The notes beneath the pieces are model-generated. The model saw nothing but the letters and a program-made list of their open reading frames with translations. It ran no database searches and was not told the DNA's origin. The position numbers were made by a program, and so were the translations under genes. A DNA stretch of 64,000 bases from Diplonema japonicum (taxonomy: Eukaryota; Protista; Euglenozoa: Diplonemea), in assembly GCA_964019335.1 (NCBI GenBank), contig OZ025743.1:310001-374000 (forward strand), written 5' to 3'. Positions 44,013 to 53,351 of this stretch are shown piece after piece. Each line of letters begins with the position of its first letter. Position 1 is the stretch's first letter.

Positions 44013-46907
44013 TCAGTGTTGCACCCCTTTGAGCGTGTAGAAACCGCTGCCTGCTTTTCTTGCAAAGTGCTCTCTGATGTGCTTCATCATGTTGTCCTTT
44101 GTAGCGTCGGCAGGCAAGTACACAGCGGTACTGAGAGTCGTGCGGATGTTGTTATAAGCTGTGTAGAGATGCTTCAGGTGCTGCGGGGAGGAGGGGGGTG
44201 TCAGGGAGCATGAAGCTTGCAACCCTGCGGGAGTGGAGAGAGACAAGAGCTTGTCCGTGATATCAACAAGCGTGTGGTCAGCTGACGGGGGGAACTTCCC
44301 AGACTTCAGAAGGGTTGTCATCACGTGTTTGATGGGCTTTTCCTCCCCGGCAAAGCTCCTCTCGTATTCAACCCTCCGTCTGGTGGCAATGAAGTTCTTC
44401 TCTGTTAACTGCACCACGAGCTCTTTTCTACGTTCCTTGCTTACCATCTTCGGTGGGTTGTAAACAGGCACCTCGTACTTCACCCGTCTGTCTACAATCT
44501 TTTCCACAAGTTCTTTCTGCTGTGCTGGTGCTGTCGAAGGTCGCAACGCTGCCAGTGCCTCGGCTTGCTTCAGAAGATCGTTCGCGCTCTGCAGCACATC
44601 TTCTGTGAATTTCTCCTCCCCGAGTTCTTTCATCTTTCCGCATTTCACAGGCGGCTTAAGAGTCACCAGGTCCTTCTTCTTCCTTTTTTTGCGCCGCAGC
44701 AGCCCTGGGAGCTCCAAAGGCCCACACAGCATGCACCCACCCATGCCACTTATGTCCTTCGTTTCGCTGGTCCCCTCTCTCACCATCGGCAGCTGTTTTG
44801 GTTCGGGTCGAATCACCGCAGTGTCCTCGGGGTTGCTAGGGAGCAAGGGCACCACCGAGTCCGATAGGATGCACATGTTCATCGGGACTGGCGAAGCCCT
44901 CACTACGAGGGTCCCACTCTTCTCGCATGGCGTGCTGGTCGTGTGCTGCACGGTGAACAACTTGCATTCCTCTTCTTGGTACTGGGTCCCCACGTTGTTC
45001 ACTTCAACAAAGGTGTCTTTCTGTAACTCGCTACTTAATTGTGAGCGCTTCCCATGGTCCTCTTGTGGCTGTTTTTGCGGGTCTTCTATGCAAGGGGCGG
45101 AATGTCGCATTTCAGGGATGGCCACGAAAACAGATGCCTCTTGTAGCACCGTGCTGTTTGTCCCTTCTTGTGGTTCCTCGTCCCCTGACAACTCTAAGTC
45201 TTCACTCGGCTTTGCTGTGTCGAGAAGAGTCTGGGACGGGAGCACCTTACTTCCCTGAAGGCAGTTAAGAATATCGCCCGCGTACTCCATGAGCCCTACC
45301 GGTGAAAGGCTTCGGGTCCTGAGTGACCTGTTCGGGGGTGTGGGGGGCCTTGTGTTACTTCTCGCTGAGCTCTTCCTCCTTCCGTCCCTGTCCTTATCCA
45401 TATCCTCAATATGTGTTTGCTCTGCTCTCTTCTGTTCATCGTCCTTGTCCTTGTCCTTGTCCTTGTCCTTGTCCTTGTCCTTGTCCTTGTCTTCGTCGAT
45501 GTCCTTCTTATTCACGAGTTGCAAATAACTAGCTTCTAATGCTTGCGCCTCGCTTCGTATCTTCCCGACACCAGCTTTGTACTGCTCCACTTCGTCTTGT
45601 GTCACAGGTGAGGTCGGCTGTCCCATCGTACCTTTTCGTTGGTTGATTGCAGCCAGTTTGTTAGCGTGCCGTACCATGTCCTCCAAAGCACGCGTGGACT
45701 GTGCCGCTAAAGCACCGCTCCTATCGCCTGCCTCGCGCGCTTTGTGGTACATGCCTTCCATGTCTCGACGCTTCTTCTCCACGTGGCCTGCGCACAATTC
45801 TGCCTTCTTCAAAGCCCTCGACAACACCTCCACCTGCTTCACAAGGTGTTGGTTGGCTGCACGCAACTTGTAGAGGCTCTGCTTCTGCTTTTCATATTTC
45901 AGCTTGTAACTAATATTGGCCGCCACAGGTGACGAGCTGGTCGGAGCTGCTTGCGGTGCTATCTCAGACAATGGGTGTGCCGACGCTGAGCGCGCTCTTT
46001 TAACTGCCGCCGCTAGCATTACCCGTGGGCTCACTTGGCTTGCGTTGCGTTGCTTCCTCGGTGATGGGACGTGCAGGGCTACTCTGGGAGACTCGACGCG
46101 GGTCTTGCTGAACCTTTTAGTTTTGTTGCGTGTCGATGCTGGGCTATCGTTGCTGCCGTCCTTCGTGCTGACGCTCTTCTTCCGCTTTGTAGGATGCATG
46201 GTGCAAGAGTCAGACAGCTGGTTGTTGGAACTACTCAATCCCCGCAATGCATCAGCCGACACACCCGCGATGTCCTTCATGTTCATCAGCTTCGCGAACC
46301 ACTCGTTTTGCTCGAAGACAAGCAAGGCAGACTCATGCTTTAACTCGCTGAAGCATTTCATTTTGAGGCTCCTGACCGTCTTCAGGAGCAACCACAGCTG
46401 CGAACAAAGCCACTGGTGTTTCTTGGAAAGAAACTGATAGGCCTCGCTGTCCTCCTGCGCTGCGAGGAGGGCGCGGTTCTGCTGGCCCAAGGTTTCACAG
46501 GTTTGCCAAAGCGTTTTGTTTTCTGCAGTGACGCTGGCCACGACCTCTTGCAGCTTCTTGGTGGTTTCCTGCACTTCCAACTTCGACTGCTCATAGACAT
46601 TGGTAAGGAATGTCTTCTCCTGGCTTTCCTGCGCAACTGCGAGTATGTTGTACTGTGCGGTGACCTCCCTGACCTCGTCCTCTGTCTTCCGGCACTTCTC
46701 CTTCAAAGACGTGATCATCTCCCTGTACCGCTGCGCCACCATGTGCTCTCTGCGCAGCACGATATTCAGATACTCCGTCTTCCTCCGTATCTCTCCATCG
46801 CCCCCCTCAACTACCTCCGCCATGGTGCCGTGCCCTGTGACATGATGAGGGGCCAGTTGTGTGGCGCTTACAATACATAATAAAAGAATGTACATTACAT
46901 ATCCCAT
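44013..46907 (-). CDS. Hypothetical coiled-coil/disordered protein (start possibly 46823)
   Basis: 964-aa ORF containing a (GACAAG)n tract that encodes a DK run at ~45441-45490. Confidence 0.75.
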   Translation of the reverse strand: MGYVMYILLLCIVSATQLAPHHVTGHGTMAEVVEGGDGEIRRKTEYLNIVLRREHMVAQRYREMITSLKEKCRKTEDEVREVTAQYNILAVAQESQEKTFLTNVYEQSKLEVQETTKKLQEVVASVTAENKTLWQTCETLGQQNRALLAAQEDSEAYQFLSKKHQWLCSQLWLLLKTVRSLKMKCFSELKHESALLVFEQNEWFAKLMNMKDIAGVSADALRGLSSSNNQLSDSCTMHPTKRKKSVSTKDGSNDSPASTRNKTKRFSKTRVESPRVALHVPSPRKQRNASQVSPRVMLAAAVKRARSASAHPLSEIAPQAAPTSSSPVAANISYKLKYEKQKQSLYKLRAANQHLVKQVEVLSRALKKAELCAGHVEKKRRDMEGMYHKAREAGDRSGALAAQSTRALEDMVRHANKLAAINQRKGTMGQPTSPVTQDEVEQYKAGVGKIRSEAQALEASYLQLVNKKDIDEDKDKDKDKDKDKDKDKDDEQKRAEQTHIEDMDKDRDGRRKSSARSNTRPPTPPNRSLRTRSLSPVGLMEYAGDILNCLQGSKVLPSQTLLDTAKPSEDLELSGDEEPQEGTNSTVLQEASVFVAIPEMRHSAPCIEDPQKQPQEDHGKRSQLSSELQKDTFVEVNNVGTQYQEEECKLFTVQHTTSTPCEKSGTLVVRASPVPMNMCILSDSVVPLLPSNPEDTAVIRPEPKQLPMVREGTSETKDISGMGGCMLCGPLELPGLLRRKKRKKKDLVTLKPPVKCGKMKELGEEKFTEDVLQSANDLLKQAEALAALRPSTAPAQQKELVEKIVDRRVKYEVPVYNPPKMVSKERRKELVVQLTEKNFIATRRRVEYERSFAGEEKPIKHVMTTLLKSGKFPPSADHTLVDITDKLLSLSTPAGLQASCSLTPPSSPQHLKHLYTAYNNIRTTLSTAVYLPADATKDNMMKHIREHFARKAGSGFYTLKGVQH

Positions 46908-46963
46908 TTAGGGGGGGAAAGAAATCGATGGAAAAAGAGAGTTTGTCTTAAGGCCGACCACAA

Positions 46964-47497
46964 TCAGTTATGTCTGTGATCAAGGAGGTAATATTTTGAA
47001 CAGAGAGCAGTCAGCTCTGCATTGGCGCTGGAAAGCCTGTGGATCTCGGTTTGCTGCTGCTCGGTTGTGTCGGTGAGTGTGTTGACTTGGCTCCTCAAAG
47101 CATCTATGGTCTGCAGGAGGGTGTGCATCTCTGATTGCAAGGCTTGATTGCTGTTGTGTTGTGTGCTTGGTGCCCGCACTGCTGAGGTGGAGCGCCTTGA
47201 AAACGACTGTGCTGGTGGTTCATCGTCAAAGGAGATACCCACACTGGCGACGGTACCCAGCAAGGAAGGGCTCTTGCTCCTTCGCCAATTGTCTACCGGA
47301 TTGGGGTTCAACCGTTTCGTGATGGATGCACTTGTCGGCGCTGCGTATCCAGGTACCACGACGACCTCCTCGCACTCCCTTACTTCAGAGTACGCCCTTA
47401 GTTCAGGCGACAGACTGCGCCTCTCGGACGGCCACTTCGACTCTAGTGCCTCTTGCCTCCTCAAAGCAGCCTCTACCATATCCTCTCTGGCCTCCAT
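46964..47497 (-). CDS. Hypothetical protein with C-terminal coiled coil
   Basis: ORF from MEARED. The upstream extension overlaps the channel gene end and looks like intergenic sequence. Confidence 0.65.
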   Translation of the reverse strand: MEAREDMVEAALRRQEALESKWPSERRSLSPELRAYSEVRECEEVVVVPGYAAPTSASITKRLNPNPVDNWRRSKSPSLLGTVASVGISFDDEPPAQSFSRRSTSAVRAPSTQHNSNQALQSEMHTLLQTIDALRSQVNTLTDTTEQQQTEIHRLSSANAELTALCSKYYLLDHRHN

Positions 47498-47627
47498 GTC
47501 CTGTGGTGCGTGTCTGTTGCGTGAACAAAAAAGAAGAGACACAGAAGAAAAAACAAGGAGCTGGCCACCCTGCTGGAAAGCAGGGTGAATAAAAAAAAAG
47601 GGGGGTGTTGCTCTCAGCTCCCCCTGC

Positions 47628-49256
47628 TCAGGGAACACTGTCCGACTTGCTTCCGTCACTGTCTGGCGCCGTCGACATGGTCCCTTCACGCCTCTTGGTT
47701 TGCTTTGCTTGCTCTTTCAGCAGCAGGATGATCGTATTAAGTTGTGTTTCGAGTGTTGTCATCCTTGTGCCCATAGAGGGCTCGTCAGAGTCCACGAAGT
47801 GCACCTGTTCGAGACACCTGTCTGTGGTAAGTTCTTTGTTATCAGGAGAAAAAAACTCTTTCTTCAGAGGGTGTTCTTGCTGATGAAAGGGGTGGGTTAC
47901 AGAAGACAACCGGCTCTTCTTCCTGCTTCTGGGTGAAACTGAGCAAGAATAACGGGTCCTCCTCCTACGAGGTGAAAGCGACGGCCGCGACGCCTTTGAG
48001 CTCTTGCGGGATTCAGTTTCGTATTCCGTGTCTTCGCTTTCTGAACTGTGAATACGCATCCTTCTTGAAAAGGATTGCTTCCTTTTCTTTCTAGCCTTTC
48101 TTGTCTCGAGGTCCACAACAGTTGCCTGGAGTGCGTTGGAAAGCAGGGTGATCGGGAAGGCAACTAACACGAACCCGCAAAGCATAGCAAGTGAGGCGAC
48201 ACCCTTCCCAGCGGGTGTCCGAGGGTACGCATCGCCGTAGCCCACGGTGGTGAGTGTGACCCACGCCCACCACATGCTGTCTGGTATGGACTGGAAGGAC
48301 AGGCGCTTCCCCGCGTCGTCGTACTGCGAGTCGTTGTCGCGGACCCACATGTTCTCATCTTCAACAAAAGACGCTTCATGCCTCTCAAATGTGAACATCA
48401 AGGATGCAAATACAGTCACGGCAACCAAGTTGATGACCAGCGTTGAAAGGAGCAAGGCGTCTCCAGCGCGCTGCATCGTGAGCAACAGCAGCTGCACGCC
48501 TTGAAACCTCGCCCCGAGCTTTACTACGCGCATCAAACGCAGGAGACGGAGCACCCTGAGGACCACTAGCACCTGCACCTTGCTGCTGCTGGCACCTGCG
48601 AGAGACACGTAAAACGGAAGAACTGCAAGAATGTCAATCCATGTGAGGGTCGATTTCATGAACTGGATGCGGTCCGGTGTTGAGTACACACGCAGCATGA
48701 ACTCTAACGTGAAGATGGCGATACATGTGCACTCCACAACGAAGAGGTCGTTATTGTCCCGCTCCTGGAATTCTGGCAGCGATTCGATCATCATGTTGAC
48801 CACAGAGATCATGATGGCCACTTGCACCAGCGTCGACACAGCTGTGCGCATTGTGCCCAGCCACGGTACCTTCGTGTAGTTGATGCCGCCTTCGTCAAGG
48901 ACGGCCCACACCCACTCTCTGGCGTCCTCTGGTTCTTCTTTCACATTATCATCTGCGATGAACTTATCAATGTCGGAAGGATCCGACTCCATCAAGAGAT
49001 ATGCTTCCAGCTCCTTCAGAGTGATCTCCCCATCTCCGTTGATGTCGATGTCACAGAATAGCTCTCCTGCAAGGTTCTTGATTTCTGTTTTGTCGCAGTC
49101 AGGCCACATCACTTCCCACAGCCCGGTAATTTCCTTCCTGTTCAGCCCCGAGCTCCCGTCTACATCTATACGGGTGAAGGTTTCGCGCAGTGTGTTCCAT
49201 TGTTCCGGACCCAGCTCTAGCATAGACTTTTGCTGGGGGGCAGATGCTTGTTGCAT
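47628..49256 (-). CDS. EF-hand-containing voltage-gated potassium channel
   Basis: Two EF-hands (DVDGSSGLNRKE, DINGDGEITLKE), six TM segments, S4 LRVLRLLRLMRVVK, and pore WWAWVTLTTVGYGD. Confidence 0.92.
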   Translation of the reverse strand: MQQASAPQQKSMLELGPEQWNTLRETFTRIDVDGSSGLNRKEITGLWEVMWPDCDKTEIKNLAGELFCDIDINGDGEITLKELEAYLLMESDPSDIDKFIADDNVKEEPEDAREWVWAVLDEGGINYTKVPWLGTMRTAVSTLVQVAIMISVVNMMIESLPEFQERDNNDLFVVECTCIAIFTLEFMLRVYSTPDRIQFMKSTLTWIDILAVLPFYVSLAGASSSKVQVLVVLRVLRLLRLMRVVKLGARFQGVQLLLLTMQRAGDALLLSTLVINLVAVTVFASLMFTFERHEASFVEDENMWVRDNDSQYDDAGKRLSFQSIPDSMWWAWVTLTTVGYGDAYPRTPAGKGVASLAMLCGFVLVAFPITLLSNALQATVVDLETRKARKKRKQSFSRRMRIHSSESEDTEYETESRKSSKASRPSLSPRRRRTRYSCSVSPRSRKKSRLSSVTHPFHQQEHPLKKEFFSPDNKELTTDRCLEQVHFVDSDEPSMGTRMTTLETQLNTIILLLKEQAKQTKRREGTMSTAPDSDGSKSDSVP

Positions 49257-49353
49257 TTGTATATAGTCTTGTTCCTCCCGCCCCCCCTCCCTGTGTAAAG
49301 TGTATTGTATTGGCGTTAAAGGTATCGACTGGCAACAATGTACAATTCTTAAT

Positions 49354-49620
49354 CTAAAGCTGTTCCTCAAGTAGAGCGTCTAATGCCCTACTCCGCGATC
49401 CTTCTCGCTCCGTCCCCTGCACTAAGGTTTGTACCACCTCAAAGGCCTCGAGCGCCCGGTCAATGTCACCCAGTGCGGCTGTGTATTTTTTTCTCAGCAG
49501 CTCTTGTTGGTGCTGGTTCCTCTTCGCCATGGTGTTGATGTTGTGGATCACCTCGTCGCGTTCCCTTTTCACCGGCATCAGCGAGATCTTTGCCGTGCTG
49601 TATTTCTGCCGTGTTTCCAT
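49354..49620 (-). CDS. Hypothetical small helical protein
   Basis: 88-aa ORF from METRQK with coding-like composition. Confidence 0.55.
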   Translation of the reverse strand: METRQKYSTAKISLMPVKRERDEVIHNINTMAKRNQHQQELLRKKYTAALGDIDRALEAFEVVQTLVQGTEREGSRSRALDALLEEQL

Positions 49621-49747
49621 CTCACCCTGCGGGCATTTTGAGAAGGAAAGAGAGAAAAAGAAATAAAAGAAATGGGGGGGGGGGGAGGGGAAATAATACA
49701 GAAACGAACTACACAAAAATATACAGAGATCAAATACAATCTAAACA

Positions 49748-50377
49748 TCAAAGCGACACCGAGGACAGCTTGGTCCATTCGTCTCTAAAGGCTTGAAAGG
49801 GGGCCGGGCGACGCTTCTTTCTCTTTTGTGACGAGGATGAGTCTGACGAAAGACCTGCTGTGGAAGTGCTAGAAGATCTGTACCCTTGGGCTGTCAAATC
49901 AGAGACACTTCGGTGCTCTGTGGGGGCAACGTGGCCACAGCAGGTGGTGCATACAGAAGGGTAATCTACAAAAGCAGGCTGGGTGAAGTTGTCAGGTCTA
50001 TATGCCGAGGCGGGTGCCTGGGGGAGATCGTCATCATTGTCATTCCTCACTTTCAGTTGCAAGACTGATGTGGGAGACAGGGAGTCAGCATCCACTACGT
50101 ACTCATCGCCATCATCGGGCATGTAAGGTGCAGCAGGCGTGCCGGACACGATGCTTGTGCATGCACTTCTGTTTTGCTCCAGCTGAATCTTCAGCGACTC
50201 TATCTCCCTTTGCTGCGTATTAAGAATCTTGCTCATCCGCGTCGCCTCACGCGCATCTGCCTCGCGCTGCGTCCTCTCCTTCTTCAGAGCATGCAGACAG
50301 GTCTCAGCTAGCTCTTTGTTCTCCCTCGCCCGCCGTTTGTAAAACTCGTTAGCACGCACGAGATCCGGTTCCGACAT
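49748..50377 (-). CDS. Hypothetical protein, N-terminal coiled coil
   Basis: ORF from MSEPDL following an A-tract. Confidence 0.7.
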   Translation of the reverse strand: MSEPDLVRANEFYKRRARENKELAETCLHALKKERTQREADAREATRMSKILNTQQREIESLKIQLEQNRSACTSIVSGTPAAPYMPDDGDEYVVDADSLSPTSVLQLKVRNDNDDDLPQAPASAYRPDNFTQPAFVDYPSVCTTCCGHVAPTEHRSVSDLTAQGYRSSSTSTAGLSSDSSSSQKRKKRRPAPFQAFRDEWTKLSSVSL

Positions 50378-50578
50378 CTTTATTATTGTTTCTTTTCTTT
50401 TCTTTTTTTTCTTTTTTTTTTTTTCTTTTTTTACTTTCGAACCAAGGGAGAAAAAAAAAAGTAGTAAAACAACCATCACACATAAGACTCTACAGCAGTT
50501 TGATACAAAAAAAAACTCAAAGTGCAGGACAAACCCCCTCATGGAGGGCCGCCCTTGAAAAAAAAAAGGAAGGTGCTT

Positions 50579-51615
50579 CTAATAATAATCGTGCACGCTT
50601 CTGAGGTCGTTTACATCATCTATTGTCGCCTTTGTGTACATGGTCAGGTGGGGCAAAAGCGTGATAGCATAAGGTGTGTACTCCCGCAACACACCACCCT
50701 TAAGGTCAGGAACGTTTGTGGACAAAGCGGCCCGTGCAACGTCAACAGCGTGCACAGAGGGGATGAAGCGGCCTGAGGCTTTAGTGTCGATAAATCGCGT
50801 CAAAGACATGACCCCATGCATAGGCTGTGAGAGTGTGTGCATTACAACGTCACGGGACATACATTTTCACCGACAAGCTTGTCAAGGTTGTCCCTCATCA
50901 GTCGCTTGTGGACCATCCTCTTCATTCTGTTGGCCACTTCGGCAGAGGCTGTATAATCTCCCTCGCAATGCACGGCGCCAGGCTTCAGAATCAAGTGGTC
51001 TCGTGGGTACTCATTGGCGAGCTGTGCGGGTGTGAATAAACAAGTTCCCTAGCATACCATGGTTTCTGTGTACCGCCAAGCGTCTTGTGTGTCTGAAGAG
51101 ACGGTCCGCCAGTGGTCGGCAACAGAAGTGATGGAGATGCATAAAGGGTAAAATCGTCGGTGCTTGTATTTTTTGATGATGGTTTGTGCAAGCTCTGCAC
51201 CTTCTTCGGTTCTGGGGAGGCAGATGTGCAGCTCCCCTGCGTCTTTTAAGATGGGAAGCATCTCCTCCCAGAGCACATCGTCTTCGATGTCGCCCTGCAC
51301 CCAGTTGACTTCGTCCAGGTATGGTAGGTGCTTATGGTCCACGTCTTGCACACCGCCCCTCCTGCTAATGCTGAATGTTGTCACGTGTCGTGACGCTAAT
51401 TCATTGCACAGATGCCTGCCCACCACGCCGGTACCGCCTATCACGACCCCCACACGGCCGAGCTTCGAGCTCTCGTACCTGTTAAGCACGTGGCTGTTCG
51501 CAGTTACAGTAAGCTTCGTTGGGGTCAGGGCGTACGTCGGGACACTTTTGTCGTCATTGCGGAACGAGTCTTGATAGCAGCACCTTCTCTGCCTCACCAA
51601 AGCGCGCTGCAGCAT
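50579..51615 (-). CDS. NAD(P)-binding epimerase/atypical SDR-like protein, probably mitochondrial, three exons (introns 51022-51057, 50825-50862)
   Basis: MLQRALVRQRR presequence, VIGGTGVVG, SISRRG, WVQGD. Removing 36- and 38-nt GTATG..ACAG introns gives a continuous frame through LILKPGAV to SVHAVDVARAA. Confidence 0.8.
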
Positions 51616-51974
51616 TATGTCCCGACCCCTTCCTTTTGTGGGGGGTGGGTGGGTGTTATTATGAAAAAAAATATAACAAAAACGCTGCATGAAAAAAAAA
51701 TAAGAAAAGAAAGAGAAAAGTTCCATAGTCATATCAGTCCAGCAATAAGTCGTATATGCGGTAGCATGTTAAGTGGTATACCAAATCTGCTTTTTGTCTC
51801 CATTCTCAAAACAAGTGATGCGAATCGGATGTTCGCATCATACTTTCGCATATTTTCGCAGACCGGACGAAAATGTCAACACTTTTTTTGGCACTCACGA
51901 AAATTGCTTCAATTTGTTTTGATTATTTGAGCAAAAAAAAGGGCAGCTTAAATAATTCACTGTGATGCAACGGC

Positions 51975-52420
51975 CCGCCGCGGTGGCGTGCCTACCTTAT
52001 GATGCTCCCCTTTTGGGGTCGTTCCCTGCTACCCACCGTAGTGCCTAGCTGTCGTTTATATCTTCCAATCCTTTCTTTCCGGTAATCTTCTCTCAGTCCT
52101 TTCAGCTTGGTCGCCGTCAGCCCCGATGCAAACAGGGCCCTCCTATCAAAGCCAACGACGTGGTCGCGGCCAATGGATCGTAGTGATCTCACGTTCTTGC
52201 ATGACTGCGCCGGAAAAGCGCGTCTCCTCTTCTCCCTCATCCATGTCGCTTGCAGCGTATCCAGGATCCGCTTGATCCTCACCGCCTTCTGTCGATGTCA
52301 ATCGTCGTGTTGATGTTAACCCCCAGCGTCTTCTTCGTGTAGCACTCGAAGTCAATCGCCAGCTCGATCGCCGACACGGACGTTCCCTCCTCCGCCCACC
52401 GCAGCGCAGCCAGTCATCTC
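51975..52420 (-). mobile_element. Probable 5'-truncated, frameshifted non-LTR retrotransposon 3' remnant
   Basis: Broken frame WLAALRW...VSAIELAIDFE / RIKRILD...RSLRSIG...GFDRRA resembles the C-terminal ends of protist LINE ORFs. No start context. Confidence 0.35.
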
Positions 52421-52846
52421 GACTTGAGAATAAAAAAAAAGGGGACTTGAGAATGAAACTATTAAAACCATGATGTGGGAAGGAAGTGAGAGGGTGGGGA
52501 TGAAACTACGGGGGAGCCGGGATGGTCAGGACTTACTCTACTTTACAAGGTCAGGACTTCCAATATCATGTGGTCTTCTCACCCCTGCTTTCTGAAAATC
52601 TTTTTTTGATACCCAAAGGGGGGGGGGGGGGGGGGGAGAAGGAGGAAGGAGAAGAAAGATAAACAATTGTTTTTTTTTTTTTTTTTTCTTCTTTTTTTTA
52701 ATTTATTTTCTGGATTCCCTCTAAAGGAATTTTGGCTAGAGCCGGGAAAAATAAAGTTTTCCATATTTCCCAAGGGAAAATAAAGCACTTTATTTTTTCA
52801 TTTTTGAAGAAAAAAAAATTCGGAACGAAGTGGTTAGCAACGGCCC

Positions 52847-52913
<67 letters not shown>

Positions 52914-52915
<2 letters not shown>

Positions 52916-52946
52916 TCGATCTTTTAACATCAAGGTGACAAGTCAA
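52914..52946. repeat. Bipartite dispersed element, copy 3 (motif A only)
   Basis: TCTTTTAACATCAAGGTGACAAGTC immediately after a ~65-nt A run. Confidence 0.55.
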
Positions 52947-53255
52947 ATGGCGCTCAGTAAGAACGGTGATAAACTAAGAAGAAAAAGAAAAAAAACGAAA
53001 CCCATTAACTCGTCCAATACTTCCTACAGGCGCTCTTGCGACGACCACCACAGCCATCGCCAACGTGCCCAAAATAAAATGGGCCAAACCCGCACACTGG
53101 TGTGAGCTTCAAGGGAGCTAAACGTTTCAGACATGGCGTGCCACACCCATAGGCCTCTCACGACCGGGGAGGGGGTGTCCTGGTCTTTTTTTCTCTCTCT
53201 TTTTTTTTCTTGGTGTTCTCTTTCCACAAGCTTTGCTGGCTGTTTAACACTTTAC

Positions 53256-53294
<39 letters not shown>

Positions 53295-53351
53295 ACTACT
53301 AAGGGTGCCGGACCTCAGTATCCTTTCCCCCCCATATTTTTTCTTAACTAT

